From: Leucoraja ocellata | Taxonomy: Eukaryota | Direction of reading: 5' to 3' | NCBI GenBank assembly: GCA_036785375.1 | Contig: JAWMAR010000245.1 | Coordinates: forward strand, 1,488,001-1,552,000 | Length of the DNA stretch: 64,000 bases | Shown here: positions 24,201 through 35,228 of the stretch, in pieces | Layout: every line of letters starts with the position of its first letter | How positions within the stretch are numbered: the first letter of the stretch is position 1 | Position numbers and translations under genes: made by a program | Notes under the pieces: model-generated | Databases searched by the model: none | Told to the model about the DNA's origin: nothing | The model's input: only the letters and a program-made list of their open reading frames with translations

Positions 24201-27200
24201 CCATAGGTACGGATTTGGAGAAGCAGGGAACGCAAAATTGAACATTCCACCAGGTGCGAACTTAGTGTACGAAGTTGTGTTGAAGAACTTTGAAAAGGTA
24301 TGAAGCAGCAAGATAATAATGTTTGTGTCCACAGATGTTCTGTTGCCATCAGAAATCGAGATCCTGTCACTTAAAATGTCATTGGAAACAGCCAGCTTGC
24401 AATGCATTGTCATAATTGTAGCCCAAGTTTTATTCTGTAGAGGGAAGGTCAAGTAAATCATTAATGTCTTTATCCTATGTTATTGTGACATTATGCCCAA
24501 CATTTTATTTAAACAGGGTTTTGGTTCTAGACTTTAAAATAAGTTCTTGTGGGGGGGGGGGGGATTTGAGGTCCATCCAATTTAAACAAACTGTTGTGGG
24601 GGGATGGGACAATTGTCAGAGCAAAGTTTGTTCTTGCCTTAAAGTGTGAATGCCTTTTAATAAGATTCTGCTGGATAATGTGCGGAGGGAGATAAAAACG
24701 AATATTTTCTTTGAAACCTAGCTATTGCCACTTAATTGCTTTGCATATAGACTAAATCATTTTTGATTTATCAGGCAAAGGAGTCTTGGGAGATGAACAT
24801 CGAAGAAAAACTGGAGCAGTCTGCCATTGTCAAGGAGAAGGGCACCTCCTATTTCAAGGTAACAACATTGCAGCTAAAAGTTTCAGCCTGGATAAGTTAC
24901 ATGTAGCCTGGTTTACAAAAGGAATTGCAAAGTATAATTTAATGTATAATAGATTTTTATTTCTTCCATCATTAGTGTTCAGGTTTGCATTCAGTAATTT
25001 CTGTTTTGCTGAACTGCCGTTGCGGCATTTATGATGCATCGGCCTGGGATATTTCCTCCATAGTGGAGATTGCTGACAAATAATTTGACGTAGGCGGCAA
25101 GACTTTATAGGTCAGAATCTGTCTCGCAAATCCGCTAAGTTTTTTTGTTGATGAAATAACGAGGGTGAGTCAGTAGACAATGTCCATGTGGACATTCACA
25201 TGGCCTTTGAGAAGGTCCTGCCGGGTAGGCTTGGCTGGAAGGTTAGGTTGCTTGGGATCCAGGGAGAGCTAGCTCATTGGATACATCAATGGTTCGATTG
25301 TGGAAAGCAGAGGGTAATGGTGAAAGATGTATTTTGTGGATTGGAAGCCTGTGACTGCTGGTGTGCCACAGGGATTGGTGCTGGGCCCATTGTTCACCAT
25401 TTATATAAACGATTTGGATAAAAATGTCCAAGACATGGTGAATTAGTTTGCAGATGACACTGGAGATATTGTCACGGTGAAGAAGGTTATCAGAAATTGC
25501 AATGGGATCTTCATCAGCTGCATAAGTGGGCCAAGGAATGACAAATGACATCTAATTCAACTAAGTACGAGGCGCTGAATCATGGGATGTCACAACAGGT
25601 TAGGACTTTTGCGGTGTAGGGCCCTAGGAAGTCAATAGGTGCAGGAGTAGGCCATTCGGCCCTTCGAGCCAGCACCGCCATTCAATGTGATCATGGCTGA
25701 TCATCCCCAATCAGTACCCAGTTCCTGCCTTCTCCCCATATTCCCTGACTCTGCTATTTTTAAGAGCCCTATCTAGCTCTCTCTTGAAAGCATCCAGAGA
25801 ACCTGCCTCCACCTCCCTCTGAGGCAGGGAATTCCACAGACTCACCACTCTGTGAGAAAAAGTGTTTCCCCCTCTCCGTTCTAATGGCTTACTCCTTATT
25901 CTTAAAGTCATAGAGTGATACAGCATGGAAACAGGCCCAACTTGCCCACACAGGCCAACATATCCCAGCAAAACAAGTCTCACCTGCCTGCTTTTGGTCT
26001 ATATGCCTCCAAACCTGTCCTACCCATGTACCTGTCTAACTGTTTCTTAAATGTTGGGATAGACCCTGCCTCAACTACCTACCCTGGCAGGTTATTCCAT
26101 ACATCCATCTTTGTGTGAAAAAGTTACCCCTCTGATTCCTATTAAATCTTTTCCCCCTTCACCTTAAACCTATGTCCTCTGGTCTTCGATTCACCTACTC
26201 TGGGTGAGACTCTCTGTATCTACTCGATTTATTTTATATACCTCTTCAAGGAATAGAGGACCAGCCTACTCAACCCTATAGCTCAGAGCCTCTAGTCCTG
26301 GCAACATTCTCGTAAATCTTCTCTGTACTCTTTCCAGCTTGATCTGTGATATATAGTATTATAGACAGAAGGACCAAGGAGAACAAGCACAGAATTTCCT
26401 GAAAGTGCTGTCACACTTAGATAGGAGAGTCAATGTGGCATTTGGCATGCTGGTCTTTATCAGTCAGGTCATTGAGTATAGGCGTTATGCAGTTGAACAA
26501 CACAGAGGTGAGACAACTGAGTGCTGGAGTAACTCAGCGGGTCAGGCAGCATCTCTGGAGAACATGGATAGGTGACGTTTCACAGAGTGCTAGAGTAACT
26601 CAGCATGTCAGGCAACAGCTCTGGAGAACATGGATAGGTGACGTTTCACAGAGTGCTGGAGTAACTCAGTGGATCAGGCAGCATCTGTGGAGAACATGGA
26701 TAGGTGACGTTTCACAGAATGCTGGAGTAACTCAGTGGATCAGGCAACATCTCTGGAGAACATGGATAGGTGACGTTTCACAGAGTGCTAGAGTAACTCA
26801 GCATGTCAGGCAACAGCTCTGGAGAACATGGATAGGTGACGTTTCACAGAATGCTGGAGTAACTCAGTGGATCAGGCAACATCTGTGGAGAATATCGATA
26901 GGTGACGTTTCACAGAGTGCTGGAGTAACTCAGTGGATCAGGCAGCATCTGTGGAGAACATGGATAGGTGACGTTTCACAGAGTGCTGGAGTAACTCAGT
27001 GGATCAGGCAGCATCTGTGGAGAACATGGATAGGTGACGTTTCACAGAGTGCTGGAGTAACTCAGTGGATCGGGCAACATCTGTGGAGAACATGGATAGG
27101 TGACATTTCGGCTCGGGTCCCTTTTTCAGACTCGACACAAGGAACTGCAGATGTTAGTTGACCAAAAAAAAAACAAGGATGCGCTTGAAAAGATATTTCT

Positions 27201-30200
27201 TCACCCACAGAGTAATATTTCTCTTGCATTCTCTACGCAAAAGGGTTATGAAGATCCGACTGCCAAGTCCATTCCATACAAAGATTAATAGATATTTAGA
27301 TGTTAAGGGACTCGGGAGAACTGGACTTAGTGCAGGAAAGCGGCGCTGTAGTTTAAAAATAATTGTGATCTTACTGAAAGGCCAAGCAAACGTAGACACC
27401 TGAGAGGTCGTTTGCTTCTATGCACTGGGGGGTATATTTATCTTCAGAAGCTTGCCCATTTTAATCTTCATATGCTGTCAGCTGCAGAGTGAGAAGTGTT
27501 ACCATTGACACTAAACACTGCATCAAACGTTTGTGAATGATGCATTGTTTAGAGCCAATATTAATACAATTACTCATTATTAAGGCCATGCATTATAACA
27601 TGCAAAGTACTTTGTTACTGGAGTATGCAAAGTGATTCTTCTCAGCCATGCCAATGGGAATATCCACATCTAAATTATTTTTAAGTAGAAGCATTGGCAT
27701 CTAAATAATAAATAGTGTGAGGCAATAGTTTTGAAGCTGGATAATGCAGTCGCTGGTTTTAAGATCTTTCTCTCAAAAGCTGAGTATCTGGGAAATGTTT
27801 GAAATCTTCACAGTTGTTCAGGAAAACATGCTTTCATCAGATAATCCTTGCAGTTATATTACATTTTGGTATAAAGCACCAGACTGAAGATCATGACAAT
27901 TGGAGGTAACATTGTGTGTGGGCAGAAAGTTAAATGGGATTCCATATTTATATAAATGCAGAAGTAAAGAAGATAGACTAGTTTCTCTGTGGTGTTAACG
28001 TGTACCGCTAACATTAGTCGTTCAGTTTCCACGTGTAACGTGTCGTGTTCTCTTTGTCGCCAGGATGGAAAGTACAAGCAGGCCACCATCCACTACAAGA
28101 AAATCGTGTCTTGGTTGGAACATGAGAGCGGGCTGGTTGACGAATCACTAAAGCAATCTAATGCCCTGCGGCTGGCAGCCCACCTAAACCTTGCTATGTG
28201 CTACATCAAAATGGATGAGAATTTGCAAGCTGTAGAGAATTGTGAAAAGGTGGGTGTGCTAACAGAAACCATAACGTCTCATTAAAGATCTATGGCATGT
28301 TCCAGTTTTGGTCTCCTAATCTGAGGAAATAGATTCTTGCCATAGAGGGAGTACGTAGAAGGTTCACCAGACTGATTCCTGGGATGGCAGGACTTTCATA
28401 TGAAGAAAGACTGGATAGACTCGGCTTGTACTCGTTAGAATTTAGAAGATTGAGGGGGGATCTTATAGAAATTTACAAAATTCTTAAGGGGTTGGACAGG
28501 CTAAATGCAGGAAGATTATTCCCGATGTTGGGGAAGTCCAGAACTAGGGGTCACAGTTTAAGGATAAGAGGGAAGTCTTTATTCCTTCTTAAAACAGTGT
28601 CGTGTAATTAATCCTCAATATCTTTGCATTTACTTTCTTATTCTAACATCAGTGATCTTTAGCGATAGCAATATCTGATTGTTGGTCCTAAGTTCTGGCA
28701 CAGACCAGGGTTGGGGAAGGAGTTAAAATCATGTTTCGAGGACTCAACGGTCTTCCTACTCCTGTTATCCTTCAGTGAGATTATACCGCATTGGTAGTCC
28801 AGTCCTGGTTCAGTCCATTTTTCTCATCTTTGTCCTGTAACCACAGTACTATTGGATATTTCGCTGCCATCTCCAACTTCGACTTCGCCAGTTATGAAGT
28901 AGTGGCAGTGAGACAATCAAGCAGACTAAAACCAAAGACTTTAAGAAGGAACTGCAGATGCTGGAAAATCGAAGATTGACAAAAGTGCTGGAGAAACTCA
29001 GCGGATGCAGCAGCATCTATGGAGCGAAGGAAATAGGCAACGTTTCGGGCCGAAACCCTGAAGGAAATAAGCAACGTTTCGGGCCGAAACCCTGAAGGAA
29101 ATAGGCAGCGTTTCGGGCCGAAACCCTTTCTCCAGCACTTTTGTCTAACTTCAAAACCAAAGACTGATTTCTCCTGACAGTTAAGACAAAAACCACATCT
29201 CAAACCGGGTCGCCGACCTGCCCTTGGAATCGTGGATGTCATTGCGATGCCTACAGCTTTACAGCCAAATAGCCAGAGTCCTTGTTTGCATCTGGGTGTA
29301 CATTGTCTCATGCTAGACTGATCTATCCTGTGAGTAAGTCATTATCAGCTCCTTGCCTGTCCTATTTGCATGCGTTTGGCACAACCAAACGGAAGCGGAG
29401 CTCGCACGTGACATAATTTGCGTCATACTTACCAATCAGCTGGGCAGGAAGCGGGCCGACTGAATTTGGGCAGTGGCGTCATCACGCAATGCCACGTCGG
29501 GCGGTGACGTCATCGCGCTAGGCGTACGCCATCAAGACGCTGCGTACGACCGCAATGCGTCTGCGTGCCGACAGGCCGTTGGCGCGCAAAGATTTCAGAC
29601 ACTCAGATTTTCGGAGCCCCGCGCGATGTCGGGACCAGCCCCGCACAACTCCGCGCTTCTAAATGGGACCGGCCCCGCGTGGCCATACGGTGCCCATACG
29701 CCTCAAGCGACCACGAGGTTGCGTAATATGCGAGCCAAGGTCGCGTAAGTGGGACAGGCCCTTATGTCATTATCAGCTCCTTGCTGGTAATTTTTAGCAT
29801 TTCCAGAGAACCAGAGTATCTATCCTTATCGGAGATAGATAAAGCCTTCAAATCTTTATTCAAACTGGAAAAACGGGTCATTCCACTATCTTCCATGGTG
29901 TATGACTACCACACGCCTATTTCACTTCACCTGTTATATGATGCCAAGGTAAACTAACGTCTAGCTGGCCACAATATTGTTCTTTGGTCATGCATATAGA
30001 GGGTTTGAAGACTTTTTGTTCCATATCTGTCATATGCTAAGAGAATGGAGCGACTGGGCTTGTATACTCTGGAGTTTAGAAGGATGAGAGATTATCTTAT
30101 TGAAACATATAAGATTATTAAGGGTTTGGACACGCTAGAGGCAGGAAACCTGGGGCCACAGTTTAAGAATAAGGGGTAAGCAATTTAGAACGGAGACAAG

Positions 30201-32743
30201 GAAACAGGTTTTCACACAGAAAGTTGTGAGTCTGGAATACTCTGTCTCAGAGGGTGGTGGAGGCCGGTTCTCCGGATACTTTAATGAGAGAGCTAGATAG
30301 GGCTCTTATAGATAATGGAGTCAGGGGGTAAGGGGAGAAGGCAGGAACGCGGTACTGATTGGGGATGATCAGCCATGATCACATTCAATGGCAGTGTTGG
30401 CTCGAAGGGCCGAATGGCCTACTCCTGCACCTGTTGTCTATTGTCTATCAGATAGAAGATAGGATAACAGGCAGTAAGATGATTACTAAAATGTATATAC
30501 GATTCTGCTTTTATTTCAGGCGTTAGAGCTGGATGCAAACAATGAGAAGGCTCTTTTCAGAATGGGCGAGGCGAGACTTGCCATGAATGATTATGAACTG
30601 GCAAAAGCCAACTTCCAGAAGCTTGTGCAGCTCTACCCCAACAAGGCAGCCAAGGTGCAAATTGGCATCTGTCAGAAGAAAATAAAAGAACAATTGGATC
30701 ACGAGAAAAAGATCTATGCGAAAATGTTCCCAAAGTTTGGAAATAGCGATACCAAGGTAAGTAATGTTAACAGACTCAGTCATTTAAAGGGAAAATCACT
30801 GGAATTTATATAAACTGGAAAATGTAATTAAGTCAACATAACATTACATAAATGAACATACCGTCCCTTCACATACTTGATATAGACATACAGTGTGGAA
30901 ACAGCCCCTTCGGCCCAACAGGAGCCGAAACCCTGAAGGAAATAGGCAACGTTTCGGGCCGAAACCCGGAAGGGTTTCGGCCCGAAACGTTGCCTATTTC
31001 CTTCGCTCTATCGATGCTGCTTCCTCACCCACTGAGTTTCTCCAGCATTTGATTTTCCAGCATTTGCAGTTCCTTCTTAAACATGTATTCATGTGTAGGT
31101 AGCTGACAACCCAATGTATGAACATTGAATTCTCCAATTCTCCCCCCTCTTTTTTTCTGATCCCTCTCCTGTGCCTCAACAAGGCGTACAACCACTTCCA
31201 CTTCCCCTGTTCCCTTCACCTGTTCCCTTCACCTATATCCATTCTCTGGCTTCACATTTCACTCTTCTCCTTATCTGAAACCCTTTAGTTATTTCAGGTC
31301 TTTGTCCACCCACTTGCCTATCAAACCCCTCGCTTGTATCCACCCATCACTTGCTAGGCTTTGTCCTACCTCAAGTTCAAGTTTACATTGAAACTTCTCC
31401 GGCTTTCTTCCGTCACGCACAATCAGACTGATGAAGGGTCCCGACCCAAGATGTCACCTATCCATGTCCTCCAGAGATGCTGCCATACCTGCTGAGTTAC
31501 TCCAGCACTTTGTTTTTGTTTTTTTTGTAAACCAACCTTGTTGGTTCCTTGTATCTACTTGTTTGGTATTATCTAGAGACACAAGGAACTGCAGATGCTG
31601 GCTTACAGAACGAGATACAAAGTGCTAGGAGCAACACAGCGGTCAGGCTGCATCTCTAGGGAACATGGATATGCGATGTTTCAGGTCAGCATCTCCTACA
31701 CAGATGCTGCCTGACCTGCTGAGTTACTCCAGCACTTTGTGTCCTTTTTAATGTAGCATTTGATTTAATTGGATAGCATGCAAACAAAAGCGTTTTACTG
31801 TTCTTCACTACACATGATACTCAGAATAAAAGGACATACCTTTCGAAAGGAAAAGAGGAGGAATTTCTTTAGCCAGAGGGTGGTGAATCTGTGGAATTCA
31901 TAGAAACATAGAAATTAGGTGCAGGAGTAGGCCATTCGGCCCTTCGAGCCTGCACCGCCATTCAATATGATCATGGCTGATCATCCAACTCAGTATCCCG
32001 TACCTGCCTTCTCTCCATACCCTCTGATCCCCTTAGCCACAAGGGCCACATCTAACTCCCTCTTAAATATAGCCAATGAACTGGCCTCGACTACCCTCTG
32101 CGGCAGAGAGTTCCAGAGATTCACCACTCTCTGTGTGAAAAAAGTTCTTCTCATCTCGGTTTTAAAGGATTTCCCCCTTATCGTTAAGCTGTGACCCCTT
32201 GTCCTGGACTTCCCCAACATCGGGAGCAATCTTCCTGCATCTAGCCTGTCCAACTCCTTAAGAATTTTGTAAGTTTCTATAAGATCCCCTCTCAATCTCC
32301 TAAATTCTGGAGAGTATAAACCAAGTCTATCCAGTCTTTCTTCATAAGACAGTCCTGACATCCCAGGAATCAGTCTGGTTGCCGGCTGTGGAGGCCAAGT
32401 CTTTGGGTATTTTTAAAGCGGAGATTGGCGGATTTTTCATTAGTACGGGTGTTGGGTTTTGGGGAGAAAGCAGAAGAATGGGGTTGAGAGGGAGAGATGG
32501 ATCAGCCACGACTGAACGGTGGAGCTGACGCGATGGTTAGCTACTTGATGAAGTTATGATAATAATGAACCTAAACCTGGATATACACGACTGTTCCCAC
32601 AGGAAGAAGTTCTCAAATCAAAATCTGAAAAGGATGCGACCATAGAGGAAGAGAATAAGGAGAACCGGGATGAAGGAGGCAAGGGAGAGCCCATGGAGAC
32701 AGACACCAACCAAAAGTCCCAAGAGTTGGATGCCACAGCATGA
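15108..32743 (+). CDS. FKBP4: FKBP4 (FKBP52 peptidyl-prolyl isomerase / Hsp90 co-chaperone), complete 10-exon CDS, 470 aa
   Basis: Exons 15108-15215, 17503-17647, 19677-19819, 21147-21267, 22379-22535, 24207-24297, 24775-24858, 28064-28249, 30520-30756, 32603-32743 sum to 1413 nt. All introns are GT-AG and in phase. Kozak context GCCACCATG. Domains FK1, FK2 and TPR are present. The FK1 loop AGSPPK is FKBP52-type (FKBP51 has AGSLPK). Confidence 0.96.
16327..16356. promoter_or_regulatory. Intronic heat shock element (FKBP4 intron 1)
   Basis: gTTCtaGAAaaTTCtg(GCT)agTTCcaGAC: a perfect 3-unit HSE extended in register; a second TTCtgGAAgtTTA lies at 16432-16444. Confidence 0.6.
17503..17647 (+). 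CDS. FKBP4: FKBP4 exon 2
   Basis: [38 protein letters not shown]...FDLGK; CAG / GTAAGA. Confidence 0.96.
18041..19045 (+). mobile_element. CR1-clade LINE 3' fragment (RT C-terminal part and tail)
   Basis: [33 protein letters not shown] and [19 protein letters not shown] motifs; frameshifted. Confidence 0.9.
19677..19819 (+). CDS. FKBP4: FKBP4 exon 3
   Basis: [47 protein letters not shown]; CAG / GTGCGC. Confidence 0.96.
19836..20074. mobile_element. Penelope-terminus fold-back mini-element with 15-bp TSD
   Basis: Inverted arms; TGCGCTTTCCATTTG duplicated at 19821-19835 and 20075-20089. Confidence 0.85.
21147..21267 (+). CDS. FKBP4: FKBP4 exon 4
   Basis: [40 protein letters not shown]; AAG / GTAAGG. 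Confidence 0.95.
22379..22535 (+). CDS. FKBP4: FKBP4 exon 5
   Basis: [51 protein letters not shown]; CAG / GTAAGT. Confidence 0.95.
24207..24297 (+). CDS. FKBP4: FKBP4 exon 6
   Basis: [30 protein letters not shown]; TAG / GTATGA. Confidence 0.95.
24775..24858 (+). CDS. FKBP4: FKBP4 exon 7
   Basis: [28 protein letters not shown]; CAG / GTAACA. Confidence 0.95.
25150..25625 (+). mobile_element. Older CR1 LINE RT fragment
   Basis: Degenerate AFEKV..RL..K, GVPQG.VLGP and FADDT motifs. Confidence 0.7.
26521..27109. repeat. Nine-copy 66-bp tandem array derived from the Penelope terminus
   Basis: Unit GTGCTGGAGTAACTCAGCGGGTCAGGCAGCATCTCTGGAGAACATGGATAGGTGACGTTTCACAGA starting at 26521, 26587, 26653 ... 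27049. Confidence 0.95.
28064..28249 (+). CDS. FKBP4: FKBP4 exon 8 (TPR1-2)
   Basis: [23 protein letters not shown]...[13 protein letters not shown]...ENCEK; CAG / GTGGGT. Confidence 0.95.
28941..29152. mobile_element. Penelope-terminus mini-element with three 34-bp units and 13-bp TSD
   Basis: AAAACCAAAGACT at 28928-28940 and 29153-29165. Confidence 0.85.
29355..29762. mobile_element. CpG-rich MITE, same TIR family, left end damaged
   Basis: Right TIR AAGTGGGACAGGCCCT; left remnant GCCTGTCC. Confidence 0.7.
30031..30448 (+). mobile_element. CR1 LINE 3' end in FKBP4 intron 8
   Basis: Shared CR1 tail ending CTCCTGCACCT(RTTGTCT)n, 71 nt upstream of exon 9. Confidence 0.85.
30520..30756 (+). 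CDS. FKBP4: FKBP4 exon 9 (TPR2-3 and C-terminal helix)
   Basis: [45 protein letters not shown]...[18 protein letters not shown]; CAG / GTAAGT. Confidence 0.95.
31901..32380 (-). mobile_element. Young CR1 LINE 3' end
   Basis: ORF 31990-32361 [29 protein letters not shown]; tail intact. Confidence 0.9.
32603..32743 (+). CDS. FKBP4: FKBP4 exon 10 (terminal coding part)
   Basis: CCCACAG acceptor; acidic tail [46 protein letters not shown] then TGA; followed by about 2 kb of repeat-poor AT-rich 3'UTR-like sequence. Confidence 0.88.
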   Translation, partial: EEVLKSKSEKDATIEEENKENRDEGGKGEPMETDTNQKSQELDATA

Positions 32744-34169
32744 GTATAATGTGCAGTTTCAGGCTGCATTACTTGTTTGTGTTTTTTTTTGTTTTTTTAA
32801 TTTGAAATAGTACAGTATCCTGTGTGTATAATATATGCACCAGTAAAGAGTTGCATTTACCTACTCGCCTGAATCTCACAAGCTATTTAAAAAAAGGGAC
32901 AGCACATTGAATGAGCTTTGGTTGGGAGCAGTCTCTTTTACTCTGGCCTAGCTTTGGTGCCCTGCTTATCCATTAATGGTGAATGAGGCATGCCCGCTAA
33001 GGGGTATTTAAGAAATGGAAACTGGAATAAGCAATTGGTAAGCATGTGTTAACTGTTCTAACTTGAAAATGGGTTTATTTATTAGCAAGACACTCTCCTG
33101 TACCTTCCCAACAACGGTGTCACTGCACCTTTTTCCCACGAATGGTCTACTGTAACACGTTTCTCTTGCTTGTAAGGTGAACCCGAGAAATAGACATTGT
33201 GTTCTCGCGACTTGGGTAAAATTGTAATTGGGTCCGTTACTGAGGTGCTCTTAATTATTTTACAGTAAAGAATCTTATGGTTTTTCTGTCTGCAATTTAC
33301 ACACTTTCTATCATTGGGTCATGCAGCAGCTATATTGTAACGTTTACTGTGTTCCACAAAAATGGTTAAATATTGTTTGATTGTTGTCCATCATCAAAGT
33401 TACAATTGTGGAGGAGATAGCCATGTATTACATATCATGTGGGAGGCGAACTATCCATTCAGTTCAACAAGTTCTATGTGCAACTCAAGCCATTTCCTTT
33501 CTAATCTAATCGTATCAGTGTTTCCTCCTCCTCTCCATTTCGGCCGAATGGGCTTATCCAGCTAAATGCAATTATATACTGCATGGTGGCAAATCTGCAT
33601 TCTATTCAGTGTTAGTGAAGCTTTTCTTCAATTCCTGAGTGAACTTGCTCATTGTGAATTGGCCCCTGGGGAAATAAATTATCCCTGTGACCCATCTTCT
33701 ATTCTGATTACTTTAGTCTCCCCCCCCACCCCCAGAAATATTTTCTCCTTGTAAACCATCTTGAATCTGTCCTAATTTTAAAGAGGTCCGTTGGGTGACC
33801 CACCAGTTTACTGATATCAAAAAAGTGCCCCCGGTCTCTTCTATCCCGATGGTTAAAGCTCTTAATTTCTAGTATTATTTACAAACCTATTCCAGTACCA
33901 CGATATGAATCTCCGTGTATAATATCAAGCATGTCTTTTCTCTACTCAATTTATTGCACTAATGAGCGAAGAGAATTCGTATGTATTTCAGAATGATCCA
34001 AAAAAAAAGTTCCTTTAGTAGTTTTTCATATAAAGTCTGTCGGCTCTTAAATTCAAACTTCCTTGACGTCATTGCTGAACCCCTTCACAATTGATTAAAT
34101 GTTTTTCAACACTTGTTTGACAAATTCGAACTGTGGCGTTCTTGACAATACCTCCCGGATGTTGCTCAG

Positions 34170-34175
34170 AATAAA
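34170..34175 (+). terminator. Candidate FKBP4 polyadenylation signal (alternative at 34780-34785)
   Basis: AATAAA followed by T/GT-rich sequence in the repeat-poor region after the stop codon. Confidence 0.45.
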
Positions 34176-35163
34176 ATCTAAATGATTTCTGATTGTTTCA
34201 AGATAGATCTTGATTTGCATGTGTGTGTGTGTGTGTGTTTATTTTTGCTCCCTTCTCTTGGTCCTTTTGAATCAACATATATACCACTTTTTTTTTGGCA
34301 TCTTAACATACTGTACTCCTTAATAGTTGCTGGATTTTCATTGTTGTACATAATCTTATTCTATTAAGGAAATACCAGTTTAAATCTTGTTGCTATGTGA
34401 AGAGATACCATGGAAATTTAGTGCTTTCTCACCTTCATTTGTGTGTCAACTTTGAATCTTAGTTTTGCTGATAAAGCTGCATCAAGGTCATTACCAGTGC
34501 CTCCAATCTAGCCCAAAGAGTGTGGTTTTACAACAGCTTGAATCTATTTGAGCACAAGCCACCCATCCAAAATCCAAGACTATTATTTACCTTGTAAATT
34601 TAGCTCCTTAACAAAATTTAGATATAAAATGGGATTTGCCAAGTAAAAGTGCATGGGGATATATTTTCTGCTTTACACTGTGGTCAAAAGTAAGAATTTA
34701 CCCTCGACAAGTGTAAGACATTCATGGTGATTTTTGTTTTTGTAACTATTACCTTCAATTCTTCAACATTTCAATTCAAAATAAAACATGAAAAGCCCTA
34801 CTTTGTATGTTTTAACAAATCTCTAGAATGCAAATGGTTCCGTTCCCACAGCTTTCAGCCTTTGAAGACATCGCAAAGGTTCTTCTGTGGGCCAAATACA
34901 GAGGTTTCCTTCTCTGTACCAAGGCCACTTCTCAAGAGAACACGCCTGAAAGAAGGAGGATGTGTTTCAAGTTCTGTGCGACACAGTAATGTTTGGCCTC
35001 TTGCCTTTCTGGTGATGCCCATTGTACAAGATCTTCATCCAGAAAAATGTTCTTCAGCTTGAGTTATACATAAAATATTGTATGTAAATACCCTTTTTGT
35101 ATTGAGGGGAGAATAAGAGTAAACACAATAATAACAATGTAGGATCTTGATGCTCCGAGTGCA

Positions 35164-35166
<3 letters not shown>

Positions 35167-35225
<59 letters not shown>
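35167..35225. repeat. (AT)n microsatellite
   Basis: About 29 AT units. Confidence 0.98.

Positions 35226-35228
<3 letters not shown>

Noticed and set aside
26521-27109. CRISPR-like appearance of the 66-, 39- and 34-bp arrays
   Set aside because: The units are head-to-tail with no unique spacers, there are no cas genes, and the DNA is eukaryotic.
26433-27161. 242-aa ORF with 22-aa repeats
   Set aside because: It is a by-product of the 66-bp (22-codon) tandem array inside FKBP4 intron 7; there is no gene structure.
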